63,317 nt of DNA, filler included, from Octopus bimaculoides (GCF_001194135.2; 4 parts of 4 records of this genome joined end to end with filler, not necessarily neighbours in it), one strand, 5' to 3'. Shown: positions 1 through 13,824, numbered from the whole stretch's first letter. Notes: generated by a model not told the origin, from the letters alone. Numbers and translations: made by a program.

Positions 1-290
1 TATAGAGCGAAAACACCTAAAGCTCTCCGAGGCTCCGACAAGGGATGGTGGCGAACCCTGCTGTACTCTTTCACCACAACTTTCTCTCACTCTTACTTCC
101 TGTTTCTGTTGTGCCTGCAATTCAAAGGGTCAGCCTTGTCACTCTGTGTCACGCTGAATATCCCCGAGAACTACGTTAAGGGTACACATGTCTGTGGAGT
201 GCTCAGCCACTTGCACGCTAATTTCACGAGCAGGCTGTTCCGTTGATCGGATCAACTGGAACACTCGACGTCGTAATCGACGGACTGCCA
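1..290 (+). mobile_element. tRNA-derived SINE family A, 3' part (cut by window edge)
   Basis: Reverse complement of the body of the full copies at 3307 and 5653 (gagcgaaaacacctaaagct...gtcgtaatcgacggac). Confidence 0.85.
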
Positions 291-506
291 ACAATATTTT
301 CGATACCTTTACTACAGGTATAAACGACGGCATGCTGAAAAGTTCATGGCTTTAAGAGTGTCGCGAAAGGCCTGACTAGAGTGCCAACCTTCTGAGGTCT
401 TTTACGGGGCTTAGATAAGCCCTAAGGACTGTTATAATAAGTGTGTGAATCTGAGGGAATATGTTAAATAAAATCATAATTAACAGATCCTTCTGTATTT
501 TCCTTT

Positions 507-819
507 GGATCTTGTTCAAAACGGGGGCACCAGTATTTTCTTAACGAAACACTAACGAAACACTTTGAAACTTGGGACACTGGTAGAATGTGTCATACAC
601 CGTTACAGCGCTAACTGTTTTCAACTGAATAGACGTCAGTGATTAGTAGAGATTATTGAAATAAGACAATTTTTTACATGAAATAAATTCGAATACAAAA
701 ATTTTTTTCTGTTCTATAACACAAAATAGATAAGTATACGAAGTTTGAAAGTCTTTCGGTACCAAAAACACTACATAAAACATAAATGAAAACTGGTGTC
801 CCCGTTTTGAACAAGATCC
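507..819. mobile_element. MITE with GGATC termini and 8-bp TSD (Merlin- or hAT-like, family unassigned)
   Basis: TIRs ggatcttgttcaaaacgggg / ccccgttttgaacaagatcc; identical 8-bp flanks tttccttt at 499-506 and 820-827; related copies at 22852 and 36517. Confidence 0.85.
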
Positions 820-1147
820 TTTCCTTTACCCGAGGCCAAGAACTTTTCAGCACCACCTGCATTGTAGAGGAGCTTTAAAATCTGAGCTTGCTCTTACTTA
901 GTTGGACTCTTTGCCAAAGCTGGTGAGTTCCATCCGCCGTAAGCCTAAATTTTATCATACTACAATCAACTGCTCCCTTTCTTTGTCAATTTAAATGGCT
1001 CCACTGCTGGCCACATAACTAAGTTACTCAAGATAACTAAATGCTGGGGGTTTGGTTATAAGAAGCTGTTTGAAAGACATGTCATGAGGAGCACATTTTA
1101 GGTGGTGAGAAATTGTTCCCACTTAAACCCCTCAGTTGGACGACCTA

Positions 1148-1191
<44 letters not shown>

Positions 1192-3026
1192 NNNNNNNNN
1201 NNNNNNNNNNNNNNNNNNNNNNNNNNNNNNNNNNNNNNNNNNNNNNNNNNNNNNNNNNNNNNNNNNNNNNNNNNNNNNNNNNNNNNNNNNNNNNNNNNNN
1301 NNNNNNNNNNNNNNNNNNNNNNNNNNNNNNNNNNNNNNNNNNNNNNNNNNNNNNNNNNNNNNNNNNNNNNNNNNNNNNNNNNNNNNNNNNNNNNNNNNNN
1401 NNNNNNNNNNNNNNNNNNNNNNNNNNNNNNNNNNNNNNNNNNNNNNNNNNNNNNNNNNNNNNNNNNNNNNNNNNNNNNNNNNNNNNNNNNNNNNNNNNNN
1501 NNNNNNNNNNNNNNNNNNNNNNNNNNNNNNNNNNNNNNNNNNNNNNNNNNNNNNNNNNNNNNNNNNNNNNNNNNNNNNNNNNNNNNNNNNNNNNNNNNNN
1601 NNNNNNNNNNNNNNNNNNNNNNNNNNNNNNNNNNNNNNNNNNNNNNNNNNNNNNNNNNNNNNNNNNNNNNNNNNNNNNNNNNNNNNNNNNNNNNNNNNNN
1701 NNNNNNNNNNNNNNNNNNNNNNNNNNNNNNNNNNNNNTATATATAATATGTATATAATATTATAATATTATTATGTATATATATATATATATACACGTCC
1801 CTAAATACTCCATATATAAATGTGTGTGTGTGTGTATTTATATATACTCACACACACACACACACACACATGCACACTTATATGTACGTACTTACGTACA
1901 CACACTGCACAAACACACATATCTATCTATCTATATATATATATATTATATATATATAAAACCATGTATGCATATACATATTATATACGTACACACACAC
2001 ACGCACATATATACATACATACCCATGTATGCTTATACATATTATATACATATATACATATATATATGTGTGTATATGCACACACACACACATACACACA
2101 CACACACACACAACATACATACACACATACCCATAAATATACACCGCAAATTTAATAGTCACCTACCCTCACAACTCTTCCTTCCCGTATATCCACTCTC
2201 TTACTCTCACTCTGTCACTCACTCACTCACTCACTCTCTTTCTCTTTCTCACTTAGCCTATCTCTCTCGTTCTCTCCTCCAACTACACAAAGTTACATAG
2301 CCACACATATCGTATAGAGTATTATAGAGCAGTTAGTCTCCACCTGCTTTGATTGAGCCACAATTAAATCTCCTTATAGATAAGACACTGATATTCCGAC
2401 ATTAATTTAGTTGTCTGACCTCGGTCATTCAAGAGCTTATGGAGACATTCAGACTGTAATGTTTCGTCTTCGTATTTACCGTTATTAGCTTGTTTACGTA
2501 GTCAATGAATAAAAGAAGTAGCCGACGCCGTTAATGTCGGTGTGGATGTGTGTGGTAGTGGAAGTATTGATAGTGTTGTAGCTGTTGCTATTATTATTGG
2601 TGGTGGTGGTGTTGGTGGTGGTGAAGGATTTGATGGTGATACTGTCGTGGTGGCGGAGGTGGTTGTGTTTGTTGCAGTTGTTGGTTAGCTCTAGGTCAAA
2701 TCTGTCTTTTGGCGGGTAGTTACGGCTGCATTCATTAGTCAATGTTTCCTTTTTGCCCCCACCATTTTTTTTTAAATTCGAGACAGTAGAGTGTGATTTG
2801 GAGGAGATTTGGCTGCTATTTCTGGCATATTGAGCGACAACGTAGAAGCAAGGCAAAGTGGCGGCTAAGAGCGTAAGTGGTGGTGGGAGAGGGGTCAATA
2901 TGCCCCGAGTGATACTTTACTGGAAGTAGCACTTTTGGGTCTACTGTATAAGCTTGGGTTTGTCGTATAGGCTTTGGGGGTCCAGTAAAAAATCGAGAGC
3001 TGCTCCGGGTGACAAACGTTCGAGCT

Positions 3027-3261
3027 CAGTGGTTTGCAACCGGGGTCCTAGATTTTGCTGAAATGTATCTGCAACAAATTAGTTATATTTTTACAATACA
3101 CAAAATATTTCAATGATTTTTTAAAAAATACAATTCCTAATAATATTTTATTATAAAAATGTTTTTTTTTTTTAATATCGAATGGCTAGGAGGTTCAATC
3201 CGATTGAAATAGGAATCAAAGAGGTCTACTGGTAAAAAAAAAAAATTGTTGAGAAACACTG
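3027..3261. mobile_element. hAT-like MITE
   Basis: Imperfect TIRs cagtggtttgcaac / gttgagaaacactg, resembling hAT CAGTGGTTCTCAAC ends; no TSD found. Confidence 0.45.
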
Positions 3262-3306
3262 CTGGTGGGGGCCTATATGTAGTCATTCGTCATTCGATCT
3301 GCTAGT

Positions 3307-3633
3307 TGTCACTCCGTTGCTTACGACAGAGTGTGCCAGTTGATTCGATCAACGGAACAGCCTGCTCGTGAAATTAACGTGAAAGTGGCTGAGCACTCCA
3401 CAGACACGTGTACCCTTAACGTAGTTCTCGGGGATATTCAGCGTGACACTGTGACAAGGCTGACCCTTTGAATTACAGGCACAACAGAAACAGGAAGTAA
3501 GAGTGAGAGAAAGTTGTGGTGAAAGGGTACAGCAGGGTTTGCCACCATCTCACAACGCCCGGTCTGGGAATCGAAACCGCAACCCTATGACAGCGAGTCC
3601 GCTCCCCTAACCACTGGGCCATTGCGCCTCCAC
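3307..3633 (-). mobile_element. tRNA-derived SINE family A, internally deleted
   Basis: A-box TGGCCCAGTGG and B-box GGTTTCGATTCCC on the minus strand; 12-bp TSD cgatctgctagt at 3295-3306 and 3634-3645. Confidence 0.9.
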
Positions 3634-3709
3634 CGATCTGCTAGTAATAGCAAGTAAGTGTCTTACCAACTATATTCCAACTCATTAGAAAAGGTCATAC
3701 CAGATAATG

Positions 3710-3923
3710 ATTTCAAATTTTGCCACAAGGACAGCAATTTTGGAGGACGGATGAGTCGATTACATCGACCCCAGTGTTTAGCTGGAACTTAGTTTATCAA
3801 CCCCGAAATGATGAAAGGTAAAGTCGACCTCGGCGAAATTTGAACTCAAAACATACCAACGGGCGAAATACCGCTAAGCATTCGTCCAGCGCGCTAACGA
3901 TTCTGCCAGCTCGCCGCTTTGGC
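3710..3923 (-). mobile_element. SINE family B (core ccgaggtcgactttgcctttcatc)
   Basis: tRNA-like head gcgagctggcagaatcgttag; 14-bp TSD cataccagataatg at 3696-3709 and 3924-3937. Confidence 0.85.
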
Positions 3924-3959
3924 CATACCAGATAATGTCTGTAGACCTGTAGTCTCGAC

Positions 3960-4250
3960 ACTTAAAAAGGAGGTAGGATGGTCACGGCTGGAAGACCTTA
4001 ACTCATAGATCAGCTCCCCCGGAGGGGTCCTGGGGCTAAGCAACGACTAAAGCACTCACGAAGCGGCTTTAACTTTATGGTTGTTGTTGTTTAGTCCTAG
4101 GTATACTCAGTCAGAACAGACCTTCGATAAAAGGTATTCCAACCATTACCATTCCTCTACATGTTCTTTCTTAAAAACATCTGGGTATGGCATGAATGAG
4201 ATTTAGCTGCTGTTTTAGCAGATCAAGCAACTGTATAAAGCAGTGCTTGT
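3960..4250. repeat. Unclassified dispersed repeat (motif agatttggctgctatttctagc)
   Basis: Related degenerate segments at ~2805, 26200-26410, 26510-26730, 32580-32670, 35100-35170 and 57960-58030. Confidence 0.5.
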
Positions 4251-4619
4251 CATTTTTTTTTTGTTAGATATCCGCCTATATTTTACAAACAATTTTTTTT
4301 AACATCCCACCACCACCACCGCCACCTTGCTGCAAAAATGATGACGAAGCGTGGGCGGGAGTTATCGTTTTTAATGTATCCCACATGCTACCATTTTTTA
4401 ATGTACATACAGGTAATAGCAGGTCAGAGTCATTAAGTTCCAGGTATTGGTTTGAGGTGGAGTGGGAGACTACTTTATGTCATTTCAATTTGCCATAAAG
4501 GCAGTACACAGAGAGTAGCTACGGGCTGGACAAAAACATTAATGAGATGAAATGGATGATAAATATGATGGTATAATGAGAGAAGGCAAAAGCCGCCCGC
4601 CGAACTTAGCTTCTCTATA

Positions 4620-5413
4620 GGGCTTTCCTATAAGGTGTTATCCATCCCTGATTGGAACTCTCCCGTATGACATGTACGCATGCTCAGTGACTTGCTTTAA
4701 CAGTTGCAATCAGCTGAATGCACATTGCCAGTGACATTTGACATAATTACCCACACTCTGTGGTCAGGATTCTTTTTTTTTGGTTTGATGTCGGTATCGA
4801 AGGGATTACCAGACACCGGACAATACAGTGAGAGCAGCTTTCACTTACATCGTGGTATTCGATGCTGTGTACGTGTCTGTCGTGGTAAAATATGCCANNN
4901 NNNNNNNNNNNNNNNNNNNNNNNNNNNNNNNNNNNNNNNNNNNNNNNNNNNNNNNNNNNNNNNNNNNNNNNNNNNNNNNNNNNNNNNNNNNNNNNNNNNN
5001 NNNNNNNNNNNNNNNNNNNNNNNNNNNNNNNNNNNNNNNNNNNNNNNNNNNNNNNNNNNNNNNNNNNNNNNNNNNNAATACTTCACCGAGAGGAGATATA
5101 AGCTTCTGCTTATTCCTGTCTGAAGTATCGTCCGATGAATTTACTTTGTTGACATTCTTCATTGACAGAATTTTTATACCTTTCAACCTTTCAGTCAAGT
5201 CCGCCTTTCTTCCAGTAACATACTGTCCATATAATCTTAAATATTTCTTTAACTCAGGCACAGTAAGTACTTCGATAGCTGAATCATCAAGCTGCTTTAT
5301 ATCCATGATAAGACGTAAAACAATAACAATGGCGTGGGTTAGCCTCCGGAAGTTTAATTATCTACAAGGAGCGCCGCCTAGCCAAGGGAGATAACCTACT
5401 TATAGGAAAGCCC
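4620..5413 (-). mobile_element. Internally deleted DNA transposon encoding a SAP domain and truncated SWIM-type finger (ISL2EU/IS4EU-like)
   Basis: Perfect 15-bp TIRs gggctttcctataag / cttataggaaagccc flanked by TATA. ORF from 5306 contains LTVPELKKYLRLYGQYVTGRKADLTERL (SAP). After the gap, the frameshifted PDHRVWVIMSNVTGNVHSADCNC stops at the start of the CxC finger. Confidence 0.75.
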
Positions 5414-5652
5414 TATAACACTGTTCTTTTTAAAATTGAGGCTATCTATGAACCTCGTACATAAAAAGTCATAAATTAAGGCATTTGCCTCTTACGATTT
5501 TTCATTACACAATATGAGGCACTCGTCCTCTTAGGTTGTTTCGCCCGTTATAGCCTTCGCTTCTCTCAAGCAAAACGATGGGTCTGGGTCGGGCCACTTT
5601 GCATTGCCACACCACAACCCTCCTGTAAGTGAATATTACAAGAAGAGGTGGT

Positions 5653-6034
5653 TGTTAGCACTCCGTTGCTTATGACGTCGAGGGTTCCAGATGATCCGAT
5701 CAACGGAACAGCCTGCTCGTGAAATTAAGGTGCAATTGGCTGAGCACTCCACAGACACGTGTACCCTTAACGTAGTTCTCGGGGACATTCAGTGGGACAC
5801 AGTGTGACAAGGCTGACCCTTTGAATTACAGGCACAACAGAAACAGGAAGTAAGAGTGAGAGAAAGTTGTGGTGAAAGGGTACAGCAGGATTTGCCACCA
5901 TCCCCTGCCGGAGCCTCGTGGAGCTTTAAGTGTTTTCGCTCAATAAACACTCACCACGCCCAGTCTGGGAATCGAAACCGCGATCCTATGACCGCGAGTC
6001 CGCTGCCCTAACCACTGGGTCATTGCGCCTCCAC
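5653..6034 (-). mobile_element. tRNA-derived SINE family A, full length
   Basis: tRNA-like head at 5960-6034; 15-bp TSD acaagaagaggtggt at 5638-5652 and 6035-6049. Confidence 0.92.
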
Positions 6035-6309
6035 ACAAGAAGAGGTGGTATACATTCGACTTTGAGCATACCTAAACAAGTGTACCTCTCCTCTACTGAC
6101 TATATTTCCTCATACCTTTGAGATCACGATTATATCAGAATTTAATGCGAAAAAAGAAAGTGTGAACGCGCACACATACATATTAACACACATTACATAA
6201 TGTTTTCAAAACTTTAAATTTCGTTATGTCGATATATATATGTGATGTGTGTCTGTGTGTATGTAAGCAACTCCATCTTTGGACTTTTTCACTTTAAATT
6301 CCGATACTA

Positions 6310-6790
<481 letters not shown>

Positions 6791-6904
6791 TTTCTAAAAG
6801 TTATGAGGAAACAAAGTCGGAATGATGGCACAATTGTGAAGCTATACCCGGTTTTGTTTATCTACTTATTCATATTTCTCAGTCTATTATTATTGTCCGT
6901 GTTA

Positions 6905-7165
6905 AAGAAGCGAACTGGTTGAATTGTTAACACGCCGGACTCAATGTTTAGCGGCATTTCGTCCGGCTTTACATTAAAAGTTCAAATTCCGCCGAGGTCG
7001 ACTTTGCTTTTCATTCTTTCGAGGTCGATGAAATGAGTTCCAATCAGGCACTAGGATCAATATAATCGACTTATACTCTCCCCAGAAATTCTTGCCCTTG
7101 TGCCAAAATTCGAAAGCATAACGTGGCTAGCTGGCAAAATCGCTAGAACGCCGAGCAAAATGTTT
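6905..7165 (+). mobile_element. SINE family B followed by a second truncated head
   Basis: gttcaaattccgccgaggtcgactttgcttttcattctttcgaggtcgat core shared with 3710-3923. Confidence 0.75.
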
Positions 7166-7299
7166 AGAATTATGTTAACAAACAAAATTAAAATGAATAC
7201 ATCTCCTGCTTCTTGCATCTAGGGAGTATTATCTTAATTAATTAACTGTACTTTGAACCACTTCATATCCTAACTGTAATACTGAGAGTCCTCATCAGC

Positions 7300-7800
7300 C
7301 AATTTCCCCATTGTTACATGTACCATCTAGTCGGAATCGTTCTCCATTAACTTCTCACCTCACAGAAAGTCCTGTCGTCCATCGGAACAGTCAGCGTGTG
7401 CCCAGTCTTTACAGATCATGCAGTGCACCCATTCTTCACTTGGAAGGGAGTTGGAAAACCAATCTGAGCAGACAAGACATTTCCAATCAGCGACTTGCTT
7501 GCTGTGATGCTGCTTCTCTTTGCCTTTACCTGTTTTAGTTGACTTTCCCTTCCCCTTTGTTGCCTTTTCTGTACCAGTTGCCTTTTTTGGTTTGGATCTG
7601 TACCAGTTGTCTTCTTTGGTTTGGATCTACTATGCGCTGTTTTACGGCAACAATAACCCGTAATGATTTCTTTTCATCCACAACTTTTCTGGCGTCTCTT
7701 TCCATGACATCAGGAGGGGTATCCCCCCCCCCTTGTAGTTTTCCTTTGGAAATTTCTAGGCATGGCGTGTTAAACTGAAATAGAAGGGGTAAGTTGTTAC
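7300..7800 (-). mobile_element. pogo/Fot-like transposase deletion relic (psq-type N-terminus joined to C-terminal PHD)
   Basis: ATG at 7763: MPRNFQRKTTRG / DTPPDVMERDARKVVDEKKSLR (frameshift in a 10-G run). Downstream WKCLVCSDWFSNSLPSEEWVHCMICKDWAHADC at ~7360-7490. No DDE region present. Confidence 0.6.
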
Positions 7801-7809
7801 ATGCCTAGT

Positions 7810-7905
7810 GTTAATGTGTTAACGTCCCCGTAACTTAGCGATTCAACAAAAGGGGCCAATAGAATAAGTAAGAAATGTCCTGGGGTTGATTTGTTCGACT
7901 AAAAC
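7810..7905 (+). mobile_element. SINE family C fragment
   Basis: acgtccccgtaacttagcg...tcctggggttgatttgttcgactaaa matches the 3' half of 6310-6790. Confidence 0.6.
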
Positions 7906-8379
7906 TCCTCCTCCGTGAGAAATTTGGCAAGTTAAAATAAATGTGCATTCGGGCCCCGAGAAGTGGTGTCCTTTTAAAATCCAAGGCCTTTTGAGGTTTT
8001 CGAGCGTAATCAAGCATTTAGCGACGGGCTTCAACCTTAGTTCTCCGGGTCCCAGACCAGTGTACTGATTGAACTCCACCTTCATGCCAGGGACACACAT
8101 GCTAGTTTCTTGATCAACATGACAGTCTGCCTTTAGAACAAAAGAGTTGATGTAGGAATAACTAAAGTTGCAAAGATCAACTTCTGATTAACCGAATGAT
8201 ACTTGAAAACTGAAACCATTACAGCTTGGATAGATTACCATTCGATAGTGCCCTCACCTCTGAAACGTAAAAAGTCAAGACTTGTACAAAATATCACCAA
8301 ATATTAACAATTTTGTTTGCCATAGTACGGGCATGTGTTACACAAAATGGTACCTCAATCATAATGTAGGTATAGGTAT

Positions 8380-9195
8380 ATCTGGCAGTATTAAGATTAA
8401 CCAAGGTATATCGCAAAGAGACTCATTGTTCCCATTGCTTTATGCTTAGCACTCATACCTCTGCCACGTGAATTGAACCGTACACAATATGGATACAGAG
8501 TTTCGATAGCTCTCCATATGCAAAAAAGAGGGTGGTAGAGGCCTCTTCTATCTAAAATTATTCTGCAGGACAACCACAATAGGACTTAATTCATATATCC
8601 AGAATAACTACGACAGAATGATACAGCTAGTAAATCAACAGGAAGGGAACAAAAAGTTACATTCTGTCATTAAAAAGTTGTATAAAAGAGAACTAAACTT
8701 TAATGTTTAAGATAATGCCAAAGCTGCTGTATCACCAGAAGCAGTAAAACACGACAAACAAAAGACTGAGAAAGAAGACCTGAAAAAGCTTATGATAAGA
8801 GAAGCAAATGACAAGAGAGACCGCTCCATGGTCAGTATCTCCAACGAACAAGGGCAGCAGTTATAGATAAAGAAGAATACATCAGTGATTGTGCCGTTCC
8901 GGTCTAAAGGTAGCTACTGAAATATTTATACTGGCAGCTCACGATAAATTTCTACTCACAGAAAACTACCAAGCAAGCGTTCTCCACAATGGAGCTGACC
9001 CAAATTGCAGCCTCTGTGATAACAGTATTGAAACCACCGACAACATTGTGGTTAGCTGCACAATAGTCGCAATAACCGAGTACAAAAGCAGACATGACAG
9101 AATAGGACGGAACCCACGTTAGAACATCTGTCGTCAAGACATTCCTCTTCCTAAAAACTGGCATGAACATCATCCGAAAAAACTTATTCTTGTAG
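8380..9195 (+). mobile_element. R4/Dong-like (RLE-type) LINE remnant
   Basis: Decayed motifs INQGISQRDSLFPLL (RT), GGRGL, and GLKVATEIFILAAHDKFLLTENYQ..CSLC..ETTDNIVVSC..EYKSRHDRIG (CCHC region); stops and frameshifts. Confidence 0.75.
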
Positions 9196-9251
9196 ATGCA
9201 CACCTATCACTCACACACACACACACATACAATCACATACACACATATATA

Positions 9252-9284
<33 letters not shown>

Positions 9285-10119
9285 NNNNNNNNNNNNNNNN
9301 NNNNNNNNNNNNNNNNNNNNNNNNNNNNNNNNNNNNNNNNNNNNNNNNNNNNNNNNNNNNNNNNNNNNNNNNNNNNNNNNNNNNNNNNNNNNNNNNNNNN
9401 NNNNNNNNNNNNNNNNNNNNNNNNNNNNNNNNNNNNNNNNNNNNNNNNNNNNNNNNNNNNNNNNNNNNNNNNNNNNNNNNNNNNNNNNNNNNNNNNNNNN
9501 NNNNNNNNNNNNNNNNNNNNNNNNNNNNNNNNNNNNNNNNNNNNNNNNNNNNNNNNNNNNNNNNNNNNNNNNNNNNNNNNNNNNNNNNNNNNNNNNNNNN
9601 NNNNNNNNNNNNNNNNNNNNNNNNNNNNNNNNNNNNNNNNNNNNNNNNNNNNNNNNNNNNNNNNNNNNNNNNNNNNNNNNNNNNNNNNNNNNNNNNNNNN
9701 NNNNNNNNNNNNNNNNNNNNNNNNNNNNNNNNNNNNNNNNNNNNNNNNNNNNNNNNNNNNNNNNNNNNNNNNNNNNNNNNNNNNNNNNNNNNNNNNNNNN
9801 NNNNNNNNNNNNNNNNNNNNNNNNNNNNNNNNNNNNNNNNNNNNNNNNNNNNNNNNNNNNNNNNNNNNNNNNNNNNNNNNNNNNNNNNNNNNNNNNNNNN
9901 NNNNNNNNNNNNNNNNNNNNNNNNNNNNNNNNNNNNNNNNNNNNNNNNNNNNNNNNNNNNNNNNNNNNNNNNNNNNNNNNNNNNNNNNNNNNNNNNNNNN
10001 NNNNNNNNNNNNNNNATATATATACTTCAGAGATGTTGCACACCTAATTTTCACTAATATTATCTCTATAGATAGATGTACAATAAATCGACAATATCTA
10101 TTCTATATCTAAGACAGTG

Positions 10120-10372
10120 ATCTAGCAGAATCGCTAGCACAACGGGTGAAATGATTAGTACGTCGAGCGAAATGGGTAACATTTCGGGTGAAATGCGTAG
10201 CGGTATTTTGTCCATTTTTACGCTCTGAGTTCAAATTCCGCCGAGGTTGATTTTACCTTTCATTCTTTCGGGTACAATAAAATAAGTACCAGTTGAACAC
10301 TGGGGTCGATGTAATCGACTTACCTTCTTCATCGAAACTACTGAACTTGTACGAAAATTTGAAACCCATTTT
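10120..10372 (+). mobile_element. SINE family B with partly duplicated head
   Basis: gagttcaaattccgccgaggttgattttacctttcattc...ggggtcgatgtaatcgacttac; a degraded copy follows at 10675-10830. Confidence 0.75.
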
Positions 10373-13300
10373 TATTGCATAATTACGTCAATACTACATT
10401 TCAATTTGCGAGCAACAAATGCATGGATTCTACAGCGGAAATACTACTGACAGTGCCATCTTGGTTGAGATGTGGTAGGTTAGAAGATTCTGCAAAGTTC
10501 CATAAGATCTTCTTTGCGATAGACCAGAATGTTCTTACGCCTAATTATGAAGGCAAGAGAGCTTGCAGGATGTGATGCCAAGTGGAATTATTTATGGTCA
10601 GGCTGGTTGTCTCTCAAGTGTTGTGACAGCAGCTAAGAGGTGTGAGGTGTATTGCATTGATTAAGTAGCAGAAGGTGGCGAGCGAGACAAGATATTTAGC
10701 GCTATTTCTTCCGGTTTAACATCCCGAGTTCAAAACAAGTACAAGTTGAGTACTTGGGTCGATGTAACTGAAACTGACTGACCCCTTTCCCTAAAATCTC
10801 GAGTCTTGTGGCTATAGTAGAAAGAACTGAATATGCAATGGTCAGGAAATCTAAATTAGGGAAGATAGGGTAATTGCTGTGTAAAAGCTGGATTTAGAAG
10901 AGACAACTCGAGAAAGTTTGGAGTGACTATTGCAGGTTAAGATATGGGTAGGCGACTATTGTACGGTATAGGTTTTTGAATATCAACAGCACTGATCACA
11001 AACATTAGAAATGGCTAAAAAACTGTAATATTAATTGTTTCTAAACCTACGAACATCTCTAGTCTAGTTAAATGTGCAACGAGAGTGATGTTTCCCATTG
11101 AAACAACTGATTTTCATATTATTACGTCATGCCAAAAGCAATTCTAATAAAAAGTAAATCATAAAACAATTTACCCAGCTGAACCTAATAAGGATTTAAT
11201 AAGGAACTTAATAACATTTAAGCTCAGAGTAATATAAAAAGTATTATAAATTTATGCAGACTAACTAAATTAAAAACAACCCGAAGCATGTATTTCAAAA
11301 TACCTTACTACCTACTTACATTCATACATACATACATATAAAAATGTATATATAAATATATGCTTATTTGAATGTATACCTATATATGTATGTAAGTATG
11401 TATATATATATATATATNNNNNNNNNNNNNNNNNNNNNNNNNNNNNNNNNNNNNNNNNNNNNNNNNNNNNNNNNNNNNNNNNNNNNNNNNNNNNNNNNNN
11501 NNNNNNNNNNNNNNNNNNNNNNNNNNNNNNNNNNNNNNNNNNNNNNNNNNNNNNNNNNNNNNNNNNNNNNNNNNNNNNNNNNNNNNNNNNNNNNNNNNNN
11601 NNNNNNNNNNNNNNNNNNNNNNNNNNNNNNNNNNNNNNNNNNNNNNNNNNNNNNNNNNNNNNNNNNNNNNNNNNNNNNNNNNNNNNNNNNNNNNNNNNNN
11701 NNNNNNNNNNNNNNNNNNNNNNNNNNNNNNNNNNNNNNNNNNNNNNNNNNNNNNNNNNNNNNNNNNNNNNNNNNNNNNNNNNNNNNNNNNNNNNNNNNNN
11801 NNNNNNNNNNNNNNNNNNNNNNNNNNNNNNNNNNNNNNNNNNNNNNNNNNNNNNNNNNNNNNNNNNNNNNNNNNNNNNNNNNNNNNNNNNNNNNNNNNNN
11901 NNNNNNNNNNNNNNNNNNNNNNNNNNNNNNNNNNNNNNNNNNNNNNNNNNNNNNNNNNNNNNNNNNNNNNNNNNNNNNNNNNNNNNNNNNNNNNNNNNNN
12001 NNNNNNNNNNNNNNNNNNNNNNNNNNNNNNNNNNNNNNNNNNNNNNNNNNNNNNNNNNNNNNNNNNNNNNNNNNNNNNNNNNNNNNNNNNNNNNNNNNNN
12101 NNNNNNNNNNNNNNNNNNNNNNNNNNNNNNNNNNNNNNNNNNNNNNNNNNNNNNNNNNNNNNNNNNNNNNNNNNNNNNNNNNNNNNNNNNNNNNNNTATA
12201 TATATATATATATATATATGTATGCATGTATGTATACTAGTATATGATGCGTTGTTTTATGGGCAAAAGGAGTAGTATTTAGCTTCATTAAAATATAAAC
12301 ATATATTTCGGGAAGAAATGGGTAGAAGATGGATAAAATAATTCGTAAATAGATGAAACATTGAACAGAACGAAATACTTATTACTTTAAATTTTCTTAT
12401 TGCTATATACAAAATTTTATACAACATTCCCTAAGCAGGAAAATTCGAGTCAGTCAATGCCTGTGTAAGCAAATATTTTCGTAAATTTTATATTTTCCTA
12501 GGTAGGATGCTTGTGACATCCTTAGCACAGTAAAAGTACGAGGAATACCCTATCTTGTCCGAGGGCAACATACACCTGACCACGAGTGAACACTGTATTA
12601 AGGAGATAAACGCCACATTTCAGGAAGCTTTGATTTTGACTGTTTGCTTACTGACATAACGATTACAGGTATGACAGGGAATGAACTCAGTCCAAAAGAC
12701 AATGGAAAATTTATATCGGATGTTTGTATGTTGATATGGTAAATCATTACGTCCTGCGTCAACACCAATAGTATTACTTGATTTTATGGAAATGTTGGTT
12801 GCAGATTTCTTGCAAATAGCTGTAAGAAATTAATCACTCAAAACTCTTTCTGAAACGATGGAAGGGGAGGAAAAGAGGTGAGCAGACAGCTTGGGAATCT
12901 GGATTGTTTGTGTATAGGGGCGAAGGAAAGAAGGAAGAAAAATGAGAGAAGGAAACAAAGGAAGGAAACAAAGAGAGAAAGAGAAAGAGAGTGATATAGA
13001 TAATACAGAATGATAAAGCGAGGCTGACAGAAAGAAAGAGAGAACGAAATAAAGAATGTAATACAGGGAGAGAGAGGGGGGGAGAGAAAAATGAATGGAA
13101 AAGAGAAGAAAAGTAGAAAGAAAGGAAACCAAAAGAAGAGTTTAAGAAGAAAAGAAGACTATAAGAAAAAGAGATAGAAAAAGAAAAAAACAAGGAAAGA
13201 AAAAGAAGGGAAAGAAAAGAAAGACTGCAAAAAAGAAAAGCACTGTCCTAAGAACTGGCTGTATTCTATCTCTCTCTTCTATTTTTTTCTCTTGTCAAAG

Positions 13301-13768
13301 AAAATATTTCTCCAACGTTTGCTATTTTACCCTCGTTCTGGTCTAACGACCCTCCATGTTTGTCTTCGTTCGGTTTCTTTGTATGTCTCCACTGTCCTGT
13401 TTTCGTTACCAACTTTGACCCTCCCTAAATCCCAAATTTCATTTTGACTTTTGTGGGAGCAACTGTCTTCGAAGACTCATATTGTCGTTCAATGCTCGAA
13501 ATAAGGAGTAAATAAACAGTCAACAACTGATGAAGGGTTGTTCTTTATGTTACTTGTCCTGTTTTCCATTTGTTTCTCTCGTTATTTTGGTATTGAACTC
13601 ACTTGTTTTCGTATTTCATGTTGTTTACTATTGGTGACGTCCGGTACCAGTCTATCCATGTGTGTGAGTGTCTGTGTGTATGCATGTATATATATATATT
13701 ATATGCATACACGCATATATATATGCATATACATATACATACATATATATACATAAATATATATACAT

Positions 13769-13824
<56 letters not shown>

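Noticed and set aside
5960-6034. tRNA genes at the SINE heads (also 3560-3633 and 55177-55245)
   Set aside because: A/B boxes are present but there is no complete cloverleaf acceptor stem or terminator; they are embedded in SINEs.
12624-12668. Isolated exon-like segment (SFDFDCLLTDITIT, CAG|gtatga)
   Set aside because: No neighbouring compatible exon found; too weak to call.
13500-13560. ctgatgaaggg as a possible hammerhead core in a repeat at 13260-13640
   Set aside because: No downstream GAAA or stem II partner.
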